Positions 19,923 to 29,673 of a DNA stretch of 64,000 nucleotides are shown here, one piece after another. Within the stretch, counting starts at the first letter, position 1. Each line of letters opens with the position of its first letter. The notes beneath the pieces were generated by a model. It saw only the letters and a program-made list of their open reading frames with translations, was not told the DNA's origin and made no database searches. Origin of the DNA: Myxococcota bacterium (GTDB lineage Bacteria > Myxococcota_A > UBA796 > CAJQPC01); assembly GCA_036229005.1 (NCBI GenBank), contig JAZAMN010000039.1:9528-73527 (forward strand), given 5' to 3'. The position numbers and the translations under genes are program-made.

Positions 19923-21112
19923 AGCTCCGTCCAGAGGCCCGTGGCCCCCGCCAGGGAGGCGCGCTGCCTCCAGGTCTGCACCACCGCGGCGGCCCGCGCC
20001 CGCTCCAGCTCCAGCAGCGCGACCTGGGCCTCGTACAGATCGGTGAAGCTCGCGCGCCCCACCGCGTAGTCCCCCCGCGTGGTCTCCAGCACCAGCGCCG
20101 CCTGGGGCAGCAGCTCCTGGTCAAAGCGCCGCGCCCGCTCCGCCGCGGCCTCCCAGCGGGCCAGCGCCGCCTGGGCCTGGGCCTGGATCTCAAGCTCCAG
20201 CGCGGCTCTCTGGGAAGAGGCGGCTGCGGCCTGCTCCAGGGCCGACTGCTCCACCCCCTGGGCCTTCTTGCGTGACCCATTGGGAAGGGGCATCGAGACC
20301 CCGAGCGAGGCCAGGTCGACCCCGTCCGCCGGCTGGTTCCGCACGCGATAGCCCGCCCAGACCGTGGGCTGTGGCCGCGCCTGCACCCGCGCCAGCTCCG
20401 CCTGCTGCCGCGCCAGCGCCTCCTGCGCCTCCCAGGCCTGCAGCGCCGGCCGCTCCCACTGCGCGGCGTCGGGGAGGGGAGGGAGCCCCAGGGCGGCCGC
20501 AGGCATCTCCATCGCGCCCTCCAGGGGCCCCACGAGCGCCTCCAGCTCCGAGCGCAGCGCCAGGCGTCGCTGCTGCAACGTGAAGCCCTCGTCCTCAAGC
20601 CGGGAGCGCAACAGCTCCAGCCGAAGCAGCGCCGATTGCCCCCCCTGACCCGCCTCGTAGCGGGCCTGCGCGCTCCCCTGCAGCTCGCTCACCGCGTCCA
20701 CATGCGCCGCCGTGATGGCCTCCAGCTCGGCCAGGAGCGCCAGCCCCCAGGCCGCCTGATGCACCGCCACCCGGAGCTGCAGCTCCGACTCCTGCTCCCG
20801 GAGCGCGGCCAGGTGCGCCCGCTCCCCCGCCAGCGACTCCTGCAGCGGGATCGCCCCCGGCGTGGGCAGGGTCTGGGACACCTTGAGCTGCACGCCCGCC
20901 ATCCCGTGCCCCGAGAGCTGCCCCGAGTCCAGCGGCAGGTTGGACAGCTCGACGCTGAACATCGGGTCCATCCACACCCCCGCCGTGGGCACCAGCGCCT
21001 CCAGGCTGCGGGTCTGGGCGGCCTGCGCCTCCAGGCTGGGGTGTTGGGCCAGGGCCCGCTCCGCCAGGACGTCGGGGTCCACGGCGGCGCTCATCAGAAG
21101 CAGGAACATCAT
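19919..21112 (-). CDS. TolC/CusC-family outer membrane efflux protein
   Basis: Helical OEP repeats (AQARYEAG, YAVGRASFTDL); first gene of the cus operon; start at ATG 21112 or 21109, not the 1100-aa ORF start. Confidence 0.85.
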   Translation of the reverse strand: MMFLLLMSAAVDPDVLAERALAQHPSLEAQAAQTRSLEALVPTAGVWMDPMFSVELSNLPLDSGQLSGHGMAGVQLKVSQTLPTPGAIPLQESLAGERAHLAALREQESELQLRVAVHQAAWGLALLAELEAITAAHVDAVSELQGSAQARYEAGQGGQSALLRLELLRSRLEDEGFTLQQRRLALRSELEALVGPLEGAMEMPAAALGLPPLPDAAQWERPALQAWEAQEALARQQAELARVQARPQPTVWAGYRVRNQPADGVDLASLGVSMPLPNGSRKKAQGVEQSALEQAAAASSQRAALELEIQAQAQAALARWEAAAERARRFDQELLPQAALVLETTRGDYAVGRASFTDLYEAQVALLELERARAAAVVQTWRQRASLAGATGLWTEL

Positions 21113-21124
21113 GCCGGCCAACGA

Positions 21125-21140
21125 AGCAACAAGCGTGCCA
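21125..21140 (-). promoter_or_regulatory. Sigma54 (-24/-12) promoter of the cusCBA/two-component operon
   Basis: Minus strand reads TGGCACGCTTGTTGCT, an exact TGGCACG-N4-TTGC(T) consensus; a sigma54 activator is encoded in the same operon. Confidence 0.85.
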
Positions 21141-21179
21141 ACACCACCTTTCAGCAGCTTGCCCCATCCCCCCTTCTCC

Positions 21180-21203
21180 GGATTTAAGAATATTCTCAAA
21201 TCC
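21180..21203. promoter_or_regulatory. AT-rich near-perfect palindrome, probable activator/enhancer site
   Basis: GGATTTAAGAATATTCTCAAATCC is a 24-bp dyad with one mismatched pair; a related half-site TGAGACTATTACGAAAAT follows. Confidence 0.6.
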
Positions 21204-21221
21204 CTGAGACTATTACGAAAA

Positions 21222-21250
21222 TTGGCAGGAGCCGATCCCCCGGCTACAGT
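21222..21250 (+). promoter_or_regulatory. Putative sigma70 promoter for the cytochrome/multicopper oxidase operon
   Basis: TTGGCA-N17-TACAGT upstream of ATG 21275. Confidence 0.5.
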
Positions 21251-21274
21251 CTGGATCCCCGCCGAACGAGCGCC

Positions 21275-23299
21275 ATGATCTGGTCCCTCCTGCTGGCCTG
21301 CAACGGGCCCGCCACCCCCACCGACTTCACCCCGACCGACAGCCCCAGCGACAGCCCCGTCGTCGCGGAGCCGGAGTCCATCAGCGTCAGCATCCAGGTC
21401 CTCCTGGACGGCGCACCCCTGCCCGACGCCACTGTCCAACAGGGTGGCTCCCAGTCCCCCGTCACCACCGACGCCAGCGGCCAGGCCACCCTCCAGATCG
21501 ACCTCAGCGCGGCCGGGGAGCACGCCATCGTCGCCGCCCACCCCCAGGCGCGCACCGGCAGCGTCGGCGTGGACGCCCAGGACCAGGGCCAGCTCCTGGA
21601 GCTCGAGCTCACGCCCATCAGCCCCCAGGACAACCCCGACTACCGCTTCCGCGACCCGGGCGAGCCCGACATCACCGACACCACCGAGCAGTGCTCCCAC
21701 TGCCACAAGACCATCAACCGCGACTGGTTCTCCAGCCCCCACCGTCAGGCCGCGTCCAACCCCTGGGTGCAGCAGCTCTACGCCGGCACCAGCGCCTGGA
21801 CCCAGGCCGAGTGTGAGCAGGGCCAGGGGACCTGGGCCGAGGGGGAGGCGCCAGGGACCGGGGAGCCCGAGCCCGCCTGCTTCACCGACCACGGCACCCT
21901 GCCGCAGCTCAACCTCTGCGATCCCGGCACCTGCGAGGACACCGCGACCGCCTTCGGAGCCTGCGCCGACTGCCACGCGCCCGGCATCGACGGCGTCACC
22001 GGGGGCCGTGACCTGCACGACGCCACCGGCTTCGCCTACGAGTTCGGCGTCCACTGCGACGTCTGCCACAAGGTCGAGTCCACCGACCCCAGCGCCGCGG
22101 AGCCCGGCGTCGCCGGCAAGCTCAGCCTGCTGCGCCCCACCGAGACCGGCGCCTTCGGCCAGGACTGGTACCCCCAGGTCTTCGGCCCCTTCGCCGATGT
22201 CCCCTCGCCGGTGATGGGCGCCGTCCAGCGCGACCACTTCCAGGACGGCAGCCTCTGCGCCGGCTGCCACGAACACTGGCAGGACGCCCTGGTCCCCGAG
22301 CAGTCCGTGGACGCCAGCCGCTGGCCCCAGGGCCTGCCCGTCCACACCACCTGGTCCGAGTGGCGCGACGGCCCCTTGGGCGACGCCGTGAGCTGCCAGT
22401 CCTGCCACATGCCGCCGGATCCCAGCGTCGGGAACGCCGCCGACCTGGGCAACCTCGTCGACCTCGACCCCGGCGTGGTCCCCGGCTGGTACCGCCCCGA
22501 AGGCCAGGTCCGCCGCCACCAGTGGGTGGGCCCCCGCAGCCCCGACAGCCAGATGCTCCAGCTCGCCGCCGCCCTGGACCTGGAGCGCGACGGCGACACC
22601 CTCAGCGCCACCGTCTCCAACGTCGGCCCCGCCCACTTCATCCCCACCGGCGAGCCCATGCGGCAGCTCATCTTGAGCGTCCAGGCGACCTGCGATGGCA
22701 GCCCCGTCGAGCTCCAGGGCCCCGCGCTCCCCACCTGGTCTGGCGCCCTGGAGACCCGCGAGTCCACCCAGGACTGGGGCCTCTGGCCCGACGCCCAGCC
22801 GGGACAGCGCCTCCGCGTGGTCCAGATCGCCGGCGCGCTCAACTACCAGGGCTGGGGCCCCTTCGACGGCAGCGATGCCCAGTACGGCGGCCTCCAGGAC
22901 CTGCGCGTGGTGGGGGAGGTCGAGGTGATCTCGGTGTCCGGGACCGGCGCCCTCACCACCTCCGCACCCATCCCCTCCGGAGACCGCATCCACCTGCTGC
23001 CCGCCGTCGAGGACACCCTGGCCCTGACCGCCCTGGCCGGCACCCCTGGCGTGAGCTTCCAGCGCCTGCTGGTCGACGCGGACGGCACGCCGATGGTCCC
23101 GCACCACGCCGCCGTGGACCTGCTCGCCGACAACCGCATCGCGCCCAGCGCCTCGGTCACCCAGAGCTGGACCCTGCCCGAGTGCGCGGGCACCCTCCAG
23201 GTCGACGCCCAGCTCCTGCACCGCGACACCGCCTGGGATCTGGCCGCGGAGAAGGGCTGGAGCGTCACGGACACGCTGATGGCCGGGAGCTCGCTGTGA
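21275..23299 (+). CDS. Pentaheme c-type cytochrome lipoprotein
   Basis: Five CxxCH (CSHCH, CADCH, CDVCH, CAGCH, CQSCH), HFIPTG motif, lipobox LLAC. Confidence 0.88.
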   Translation: MIWSLLLACNGPATPTDFTPTDSPSDSPVVAEPESISVSIQVLLDGAPLPDATVQQGGSQSPVTTDASGQATLQIDLSAAGEHAIVAAHPQARTGSVGVDAQDQGQLLELELTPISPQDNPDYRFRDPGEPDITDTTEQCSHCHKTINRDWFSSPHRQAASNPWVQQLYAGTSAWTQAECEQGQGTWAEGEAPGTGEPEPACFTDHGTLPQLNLCDPGTCEDTATAFGACADCHAPGIDGVTGGRDLHDATGFAYEFGVHCDVCHKVESTDPSAAEPGVAGKLSLLRPTETGAFGQDWYPQVFGPFADVPSPVMGAVQRDHFQDGSLCAGCHEHWQDALVPEQSVDASRWPQGLPVHTTWSEWRDGPLGDAVSCQSCHMPPDPSVGNAADLGNLVDLDPGVVPGWYRPEGQVRRHQWVGPRSPDSQMLQLAAALDLERDGDTLSATVSNVGPAHFIPTGEPMRQLILSVQATCDGSPVELQGPALPTWSGALETRESTQDWGLWPDAQPGQRLRVVQIAGALNYQGWGPFDGSDAQYGGLQDLRVVGEVEVISVSGTGALTTSAPIPSGDRIHLLPAVEDTLALTALAGTPGVSFQRLLVDADGTPMVPHHAAVDLLADNRIAPSASVTQSWTLPECAGTLQVDAQLLHRDTAWDLAAEKGWSVTDTLMAGSSL

Positions 23300-24666
23300 T
23301 CGCCCTGATCTCGCTGGTCCTCGCTTGCGCCAAGGGGGCGGATACGGACTCGGAGCCCACCGACAGCCCCCAGGGGGTGGACTCAGCGGTGGACAGCGCC
23401 CCCCAGCCTCCTCCTCTCTTCCAGAATCCGGCCGAGGCCGTGGACCAGGATCCCGACACAGACGCCTTCGAGCTCACCCTGAGCGCCGCCCCGCTGGACT
23501 TCAGCATCGGCGAGCTCCAGGTCAGCGGCTACGCCTACAACGGCCAGGTCCCCGGGCCGGTCATCCGCCTGCAGCCCGGTCAGCAGCTCCTCACACAGAT
23601 CGACAACGGCCTGGAGGACCAGACCACCGTGCACTGGCACGGCGCCAACGTGCCCTTCGAGATGGACGGCGTCCCCTGGATGTCCAGCCCCATCCAGCCC
23701 GGCGCCAGCATGGACGTGGACTTCACCCTGAGCGCGCCCTTCACCGGCTGGTACCACCCCCACTTCGACACCGAGCGGCAGGTGGACTGGGGTCTGTATG
23801 GCGTGCTCATCGTGCAGGACCCCACCTGGCCCACCCCCGACCACGAACTCATCGTCGTCGCGGACACCTGGGGGGAGTCCCCGGACCAGGGGCATCACAG
23901 TGGCTTTGTGTTCCAGGAGCACGACTGGACCGTCAACGGCCTCAGCCAGCCCGTACACCCCGTCAACGGCGGCGAGTCTGTGTTGGTGCGCGTCGTGAAC
24001 GTCTCCAACATGGGCTACCTGGCCCTCTCCGCCGACACCCTGCGCGTGGTGGCCTTCGACCAGGGCCTGCTGCCCGCACCCATCACAGACTCCCCCGTGG
24101 TCCTGGGCCCCGGGGACCGCGCCGTGCTGGAGCTCTCGCCCAGTGACACAGACATCGTCCTGTGGTCCCAGCCGTGGTCTGTGGCGGGCGAGCACGCCCT
24201 GGGGGAGCCCTTCGAGCTCATGCGCCTGGAGCTCCAGGAGTCCGGCGTCCAGCACCCTGGCCTGGACTTTGGCTGGTCAGGCACCGCGCCCACCGCGGAC
24301 CCGGGTCACACAGACCTCCGCTACGTCTTTCAGGGCGACGAGCAGACCGGTCAGTGGCGCATCAACGGAGAGGCCTTCCCGGACGTCACCATCGGCAGCA
24401 TCCCCCCCGGAGAGCCCGCCATCATCGAGGTCCGCAACCTCTCCGCCACCGAGCACCCCTTCCACCTGCACGGCATGCACTTCGAGGTCCTCTCCATCGA
24501 CGGCGTGGCCCCCCAGCACCAGCGCATCGAAGACACCCTCAACCTGGAGATCCGCCAGACCGTGCGCCTGCTGGTGAATCCGGAGAACGCAGGGGACTGG
24601 ATGGCGCACTGTCACATCTTGCCTCACGCCGAGGGCGGGATGATGACGGTGCTGCGGGTGGAGTGA
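23296..24666 (+). CDS. Multicopper oxidase lipoprotein
   Basis: HWHG, WYHPH, HPFHLHG and HCHILPHAEGGM copper-ligand motifs; GTGA overlap; lipobox VLAC. Confidence 0.93.
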   Translation: MIALISLVLACAKGADTDSEPTDSPQGVDSAVDSAPQPPPLFQNPAEAVDQDPDTDAFELTLSAAPLDFSIGELQVSGYAYNGQVPGPVIRLQPGQQLLTQIDNGLEDQTTVHWHGANVPFEMDGVPWMSSPIQPGASMDVDFTLSAPFTGWYHPHFDTERQVDWGLYGVLIVQDPTWPTPDHELIVVADTWGESPDQGHHSGFVFQEHDWTVNGLSQPVHPVNGGESVLVRVVNVSNMGYLALSADTLRVVAFDQGLLPAPITDSPVVLGPGDRAVLELSPSDTDIVLWSQPWSVAGEHALGEPFELMRLELQESGVQHPGLDFGWSGTAPTADPGHTDLRYVFQGDEQTGQWRINGEAFPDVTIGSIPPGEPAIIEVRNLSATEHPFHLHGMHFEVLSIDGVAPQHQRIEDTLNLEIRQTVRLLVNPENAGDWMAHCHILPHAEGGMMTVLRVE

Positions 24667-25116
24667 TCAGAGCCTGAGCTCCATCAGCAGCTCCTCGCCG
24701 GCGGTCGCGATCTCCACAAAACCCAGGGCGCCATACAGACCCAGAGCGGTGTGGTTGTCCGCCTTCACAGCGAGCCGCAGCCGCTCCTCCCCCTGCTCCC
24801 GCACCGCGTCGATGACGCACTGTATCAGCCGCCTCGCCACCCCCTGGCCGCGGACCTCGGGGGCCACCCACAGACTGATCAGCTCGGCCGGACTGTGCTC
24901 AGAGGAGGGGACGAAGCGGACGACGCCCTGGTCGCGCCCTTCGTGGCTCACCACCCAGGTGGGGAGACCCTCGAGCTGCCCGATCCAGCTCTGTGGTGGA
25001 CGCGAGGACACCTCGGCATACTCACTGCCGAAGGCGTGGGGATCTGTACGCAGGCTGCGCAGGCGGATGGCCCGGAAGCGCTCCCAGTCTGTGGGAGGCA
25101 GCCGCTCCAGCCTCAA
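24667..25116 (-). CDS. GNAT N-acetyltransferase
   Basis: LWVAPEVRGQGVA, N..ALGLY..LGF. Confidence 0.88.
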   Translation of the reverse strand: MRLERLPPTDWERFRAIRLRSLRTDPHAFGSEYAEVSSRPPQSWIGQLEGLPTWVVSHEGRDQGVVRFVPSSEHSPAELISLWVAPEVRGQGVARRLIQCVIDAVREQGEERLRLAVKADNHTALGLYGALGFVEIATAGEELLMELRL

Positions 25117-26585
25117 CCCACGACCTCCATCCCGGTCGCGTCCTCACCGAGCTGGCGCTCGACCACCATCTGCCAGGCGGTCTGTACGCTGCGCTGCAGC
25201 TCGTCCATGCTCTCCACGGCGGCCAGGCGCTTCTTGATCATGCTGGGTCTGTAGTAGAAGCGCAGATAGGCCAGCCGGGTCCAGCGCTGGATCTCGGCGT
25301 CCGTCATGTCGCAGCGGGGGCGGGGGACCAGGTCGCTGTGGGGATTCAGCACGAACTCCCGCCAGTAGTCGCGCCCGGTCTCCTGCATGAGCATGGTGTA
25401 CATCTCGGTCGCGGGCATGGGGGTGACCTTGGAGAACTGTGCGTAGTCCAGGTCCAGGTCCATGGCCAGCCGGATGGTCTGCCGGATGGTGGTGGGCGTC
25501 TCGTAGGGGTTGCCCACCATGAAGTAGCCGAAGGTGTCAATGCCCTCGGCCTTGGTGTCGGCCACCACGCGCTTGATGACGTCCAGGGAGGTGGACTTCT
25601 TGAGCACCCGCAGGATCTCGCGGTTACCGCTCTCGATTCCGTAGTAGATGCGCGAGCAGCCGGCGCTGCGCATGCTGGCGAGGACATCGCGGTTGATACA
25701 GTCCACGCGGGTGCGCGCCGCCCAGACGATGTCCAGCTTGCGGCGCTTGATCTCGTCACAGATCGCGATGACCCGGTTCTTGCGGATGGTGAAGCTGGAG
25801 TCGAAGAAGTCCAGCTCGCGGATGCCGTGCTCTTTGACACAGATCTCCAGCTCGTCCACCACGTTCTTGGGGCTGCGCGCCCGGAAGGCCTTGGAGCCCT
25901 GCTCGCAGAAGATGCACTTGTAGGGGCAGCCGCGGCTGGTGATGAAGACCGAGAAGTTCTTGTACTTGCTGATGAAACTGTGATAGATCGTGTTGTCGAG
26001 CAGGTGCCGGGCGGGCAGGGGAGCCTCGTTGACGTCCACCGTGTCGGCCGCCGGGGTGACCACGACCTGACCGCCCTCGGAGACGGGGCCGTTGGGCCGG
26101 AAGGCGATGCCGCGCACATCGCGCAGGTCCCCGCCGGTCTCCAGGGTGTGCAGCAGCTCGGGCAGGGAGAGCTCGGCCTCGCCGGTGACTGCGTAGTCGA
26201 TGGCGTCGTGGTGCAAGGTCTCGGTGGGGTAGATCGACAGGTGAACGCCGCCCACCAGCACGGGCACCGGCACCTGCTCCTTGATGGCCTTGATCCAGTC
26301 CAGGGTCTGGAAGAAGAGGTAGGTGGTGATGGTGTAGCCGATGTAGCTGGGGTCGAAGGCCTGCAGGCGCGCCACCGTCTGCTCCAGCGTCAGGCCCTCG
26401 GCGTGCGCGTCGATGAACAGGACCTCGCAGCCGGCGGCCTCCAGGATGCCCGCGACGTAGAGCAGCGAGAGGCTGGGAAAGATGCCGTAGTTCTCCTTGA
26501 CCGCCTTGATGCCGGGCTCGTTCTTGACGGGGCCGTAGGGCGGGTAGACCAGCGCGACGCGAAGTCCAGGGGTGCTGTGGGGCAT
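25113..26585 (-). CDS. Cobalamin-binding radical SAM protein
   Basis: B12-binding N-domain (LSLLYVAGIL, LVGGVH, GEAE), TSRGCPYKCIFC, GIESGN. Confidence 0.92.
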   Translation of the reverse strand: MPHSTPGLRVALVYPPYGPVKNEPGIKAVKENYGIFPSLSLLYVAGILEAAGCEVLFIDAHAEGLTLEQTVARLQAFDPSYIGYTITTYLFFQTLDWIKAIKEQVPVPVLVGGVHLSIYPTETLHHDAIDYAVTGEAELSLPELLHTLETGGDLRDVRGIAFRPNGPVSEGGQVVVTPAADTVDVNEAPLPARHLLDNTIYHSFISKYKNFSVFITSRGCPYKCIFCEQGSKAFRARSPKNVVDELEICVKEHGIRELDFFDSSFTIRKNRVIAICDEIKRRKLDIVWAARTRVDCINRDVLASMRSAGCSRIYYGIESGNREILRVLKKSTSLDVIKRVVADTKAEGIDTFGYFMVGNPYETPTTIRQTIRLAMDLDLDYAQFSKVTPMPATEMYTMLMQETGRDYWREFVLNPHSDLVPRPRCDMTDAEIQRWTRLAYLRFYYRPSMIKKRLAAVESMDELQRSVQTAWQMVVERQLGEDATGMEVVG

Positions 26586-26655
26586 GGGCTCTCCTGCTTT
26601 CAGGGTAGCCTTTGCGGCGCCCCACCCTTGCACTTTCCGCCGCCAGGACCGCAGC

Positions 26656-28284
26656 TTGGCCCTCTCGCAACGACATCGCCGCTGGCTGGACCGCGCCCTG
26701 CCCTGGGCCGTGGGGGCGCTCGTGCTGGGGATCGCGGGGGCGCTGCAGCAGCTCTGGTGGGCGCAGAACGGCCTGCCGGACGGGCACCAGAACGAGTACC
26801 TGCACGTAGGCAACGCCATGGACCTCTGGCAGGCCTGGGCGCAGCACGACTGGGGCACCCTGGGGGGCCTGCTGCGGGGGAACTACTGGCCGCCCGGCTT
26901 CTACCTGTGGCCCTGGCCGCTGTTCCGGGCGCTGGGGGACACCCACCGGGCCATGGTCGCCAGCAACCTGGGGCACCTGGCCCTGCTGCTGGGCAGCGCC
27001 TACTGGCTGGGCCGGGATCTGGGCAGCCGCCGCGCGGGGCTCTGGGCCATGCCGGCCATGCTGGTGATCCCCGCGGTCATGGGCAACCTGGTCCGCTACG
27101 AACCCAGCGTGGCGCTCACGGCGTGGACCACCTTCGGCGCCTGGGCGCTGCTGCGCTCCCGCGGGCTGGCCCACACCCGACACAGTCTTCTCTTCGCCCT
27201 GGCGCTTGGCGGCGGCCTGATGATGGACCGCCTGAGCGTCGCCTTCTTCCTGGTGCCACCGCTGCTGGTGGAGTGGGGGCTTGCCCTGCGCGACCCGCTG
27301 CGGCGCAAGCTGTCGCTGCGGAACGGGGCGCTGGTCGCGGCGCTGCTGCTTATCTGTGTGGGGTGGTGGCACTGGGACTTCTTCCAGATCCACCTGCACG
27401 AGCTCACCTCCCAGACCGGCACGGGCGAGATCGACGCCGCCGGCACCCAGACCGAGGCGCGCAGCCGCACCGAGTGGACCACCTGGGCCTGGTACCTGCT
27501 CGCCCTGCTGGACGGTCAGCTCGGGCTGATCCTGGGGGCCGCGGGGCTGGTGGGCCTGGGCCTGGCCAGCCGCGAGCCCAAGCGCCTGCGGGTGCCGCTG
27601 CTGGTGGTCTGGGGCAGCCTGGCGCTGTTCACCCTGATCCTCAAGAAGCAGAACTTCTACAGCCTGCCGATGCTGGGGTGTCTGGCGGTTCTTGTGACAG
27701 ATGCGCTGTCGCGTTTTCGCTGGGGCTGGGCCCTGGGACTGGGGCTCCTGGGCGTCGGAGGCGTCCAGATGTCCGCGCGCATGTGGGGGCGCGATCCGGG
27801 TCTCCCGGGCGCCGGAGCCGAAGCGCTGCCGCTGGCCTGGGTCGCGCCCCGACACCCCATGGCGTTGCCTCCGCGCGGCCTGGAGCTGCCTGTCAACGCG
27901 CTGTCGCAAGAACTCCAGGGCGCCCAGGAGATCGTCGTCTTCGGCGAGGACCACACCTGGTACGAGGGCTACGTGGTGCTTGGGCTCCGGGAGCGCCTGC
28001 CGGGCGCCCGGGTGCGCGGGGTCATCGGGGATCCGGTGGGCACCGCCGAGGTCTCGGGCAACGCGACACACATCGTGATCGTGCGTGAAAATGCGACAAG
28101 CGCGGACTACCCCAGCCGCGCCGAGGTGGTGGCTCTGATGCAGAAACACCACGTCGACGCGGAGGCGTATCCGCTCACCCTGGAGGCCTTCGAGCAGGCC
28201 CAGATGTATCTGCGAGTGGTCTGGACCCACCCGCTGCAGGAGGGCGGCAAGGTGGTCGTGTGGGAGCGCTTGCCGCTGGAGTGA
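26656..28284 (+). CDS. GT-C fold (ArnT/PMT-like) membrane glycosyltransferase
   Basis: About 11 TM segments, early loop with NEYLH..YWPPGFY, C-terminal periplasmic domain; start uncertain. Confidence 0.65.
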   Translation: MALSQRHRRWLDRALPWAVGALVLGIAGALQQLWWAQNGLPDGHQNEYLHVGNAMDLWQAWAQHDWGTLGGLLRGNYWPPGFYLWPWPLFRALGDTHRAMVASNLGHLALLLGSAYWLGRDLGSRRAGLWAMPAMLVIPAVMGNLVRYEPSVALTAWTTFGAWALLRSRGLAHTRHSLLFALALGGGLMMDRLSVAFFLVPPLLVEWGLALRDPLRRKLSLRNGALVAALLLICVGWWHWDFFQIHLHELTSQTGTGEIDAAGTQTEARSRTEWTTWAWYLLALLDGQLGLILGAAGLVGLGLASREPKRLRVPLLVVWGSLALFTLILKKQNFYSLPMLGCLAVLVTDALSRFRWGWALGLGLLGVGGVQMSARMWGRDPGLPGAGAEALPLAWVAPRHPMALPPRGLELPVNALSQELQGAQEIVVFGEDHTWYEGYVVLGLRERLPGARVRGVIGDPVGTAEVSGNATHIVIVRENATSADYPSRAEVVALMQKHHVDAEAYPLTLEAFEQAQMYLRVVWTHPLQEGGKVVVWERLPLE

Positions 28285-28689
28285 CTACTCGCTGACGTAG
28301 ACCAGCACCAAGCGGCCCTCGCTCGTCTGCCCGTCCTCGAACACCAGCTCGCGCGTCTCAGACAGCGGCTTGTCGTAGTCGGGGCCCATCGGGTCCCGGG
28401 ACTCGTAGGCGGTCATCTGTGCGACCCCGCCGGCCTTGTCGTCGACCAGCGACTGGGCCCAGGTCACCTGGTAGTCGTCGCTGGACTCCAAGGTGACCTC
28501 GGAGTACCCGGTCCCGCCCTCCCAGACGAGCTGAACCTCATAGGCGTCGTAGCTGAGCGCGCCGCCGTCCTCGGCCTCGACCACCCACAAGAGGCCCTCG
28601 TCGGGCTCCTCGTACAGATCGGTGCAGCCGAGGCCCATCACCAGCGGGCTGAGCAGGGCCAGGGGCAAGAGAGCGAGGCGCGTGTACAT
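28285..28689 (-). CDS. Hypothetical lipoprotein
   Basis: Signal peptide ending GLGC; GGAG RBS. Confidence 0.6.
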   Translation of the reverse strand: MYTRLALLPLALLSPLVMGLGCTDLYEEPDEGLLWVVEAEDGGALSYDAYEVQLVWEGGTGYSEVTLESSDDYQVTWAQSLVDDKAGGVAQMTAYESRDPMGPDYDKPLSETRELVFEDGQTSEGRLVLVYVSE

Positions 28690-28760
28690 GGCGGTCTCCT
28701 TGTCTCACCCACTCTGTATCCACCACCAAGGCGCCGGGGATGTGGCTGGTTGTCGCAGGC

Positions 28761-29606
28761 TCAGCCCACGTGCGCCTGGATCCACGCCAGCGTGTCCTCG
28801 CGGGTGGTGGGATCCTGGGCCCGGCGGGGGAGGGACACAGAGGCCAGGTGGTGGTCCACGAGCGTCCCGGTTCGCTCCGACCACTCCGCATCCAGCGCCA
28901 GCGAGACATAGGTGGGGGCCATCTCCTGGGGATCCAGCGCCTGCTTGGCCTTCATCCGGTAGACCCAGGCCTGCAGCGCCCCCATCTCGGGCTCGCGGCC
29001 CGGATCCAGCCTCACCGAGGGGATCCAGACGCTGTTCACGGCCAGCTCCGGCTGGGTCTGTGCGAGGTGTTGGGCCCAGATCAGCAGGGCCAGCTTGGAC
29101 TGGTAGTAGGCCTTGGTGGGCGTGAAGCCCTGGCCGGCGGCCACCGCCTGGGGGTCCAGCTTGAGGAAGGGCATGGCCAGCAGCCCCTTGGAACTCGCAC
29201 AGATCACCCGGGCCTTGCGGGCGAGCAGCGTGGGCATCAGCAGCCGCGTGAGCAGCACAGGCCCCACCAGGTTCGTGGCCCAGAAGCGCTCCAGGCCCTC
29301 GGCGGTCATCACCGGGCCGCTCTGGTTGAGATCGAAGATCGCGGCGTTGTGCACCAGCGCGTCCACACCCTCTCCAGCTCCCTGGAGCCCCGACACCGCT
29401 GCACGGATGGACGCCGGCGAGGACATGTCGAGCTGGACCAGGCCCAGGTCCGCGTCGGGCTGCGCGCTGCGGATGCGATCGAGCGCGGCCTGCCCCCGCT
29501 CCGCAGAGCGGCAGGCCATCAAAACGCGGGCCCCACGCTGGGCGAGCTGCTGGCTGGCGGCGAAGCCGATGCCGCTGTTGGCGCCGGTGATCAGGACGGT
29601 GGACAT
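28761..29606 (-). CDS. Short-chain dehydrogenase/reductase (retinol DH/WWOX-like)
   Basis: TGANSGIG, HNAA, YYQSK catalytic YxxxK. Confidence 0.92.
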   Translation of the reverse strand: MSTVLITGANSGIGFAASQQLAQRGARVLMACRSAERGQAALDRIRSAQPDADLGLVQLDMSSPASIRAAVSGLQGAGEGVDALVHNAAIFDLNQSGPVMTAEGLERFWATNLVGPVLLTRLLMPTLLARKARVICASSKGLLAMPFLKLDPQAVAAGQGFTPTKAYYQSKLALLIWAQHLAQTQPELAVNSVWIPSVRLDPGREPEMGALQAWVYRMKAKQALDPQEMAPTYVSLALDAEWSERTGTLVDHHLASVSLPRRAQDPTTREDTLAWIQAHVG

Positions 29607-29673
29607 AGGCGACTCCAGTTGTGTGACCGGGTGGTCACCATGACTGGGTAGTCACATGGGCCGCTGCCGGCAA

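Noticed and set aside
21113..23221. About 700-aa N-terminal extension of the TolC ORF
   Set aside because: It is antisense to the pentaheme cytochrome, and the sigma54 promoter places the real start at about 21112
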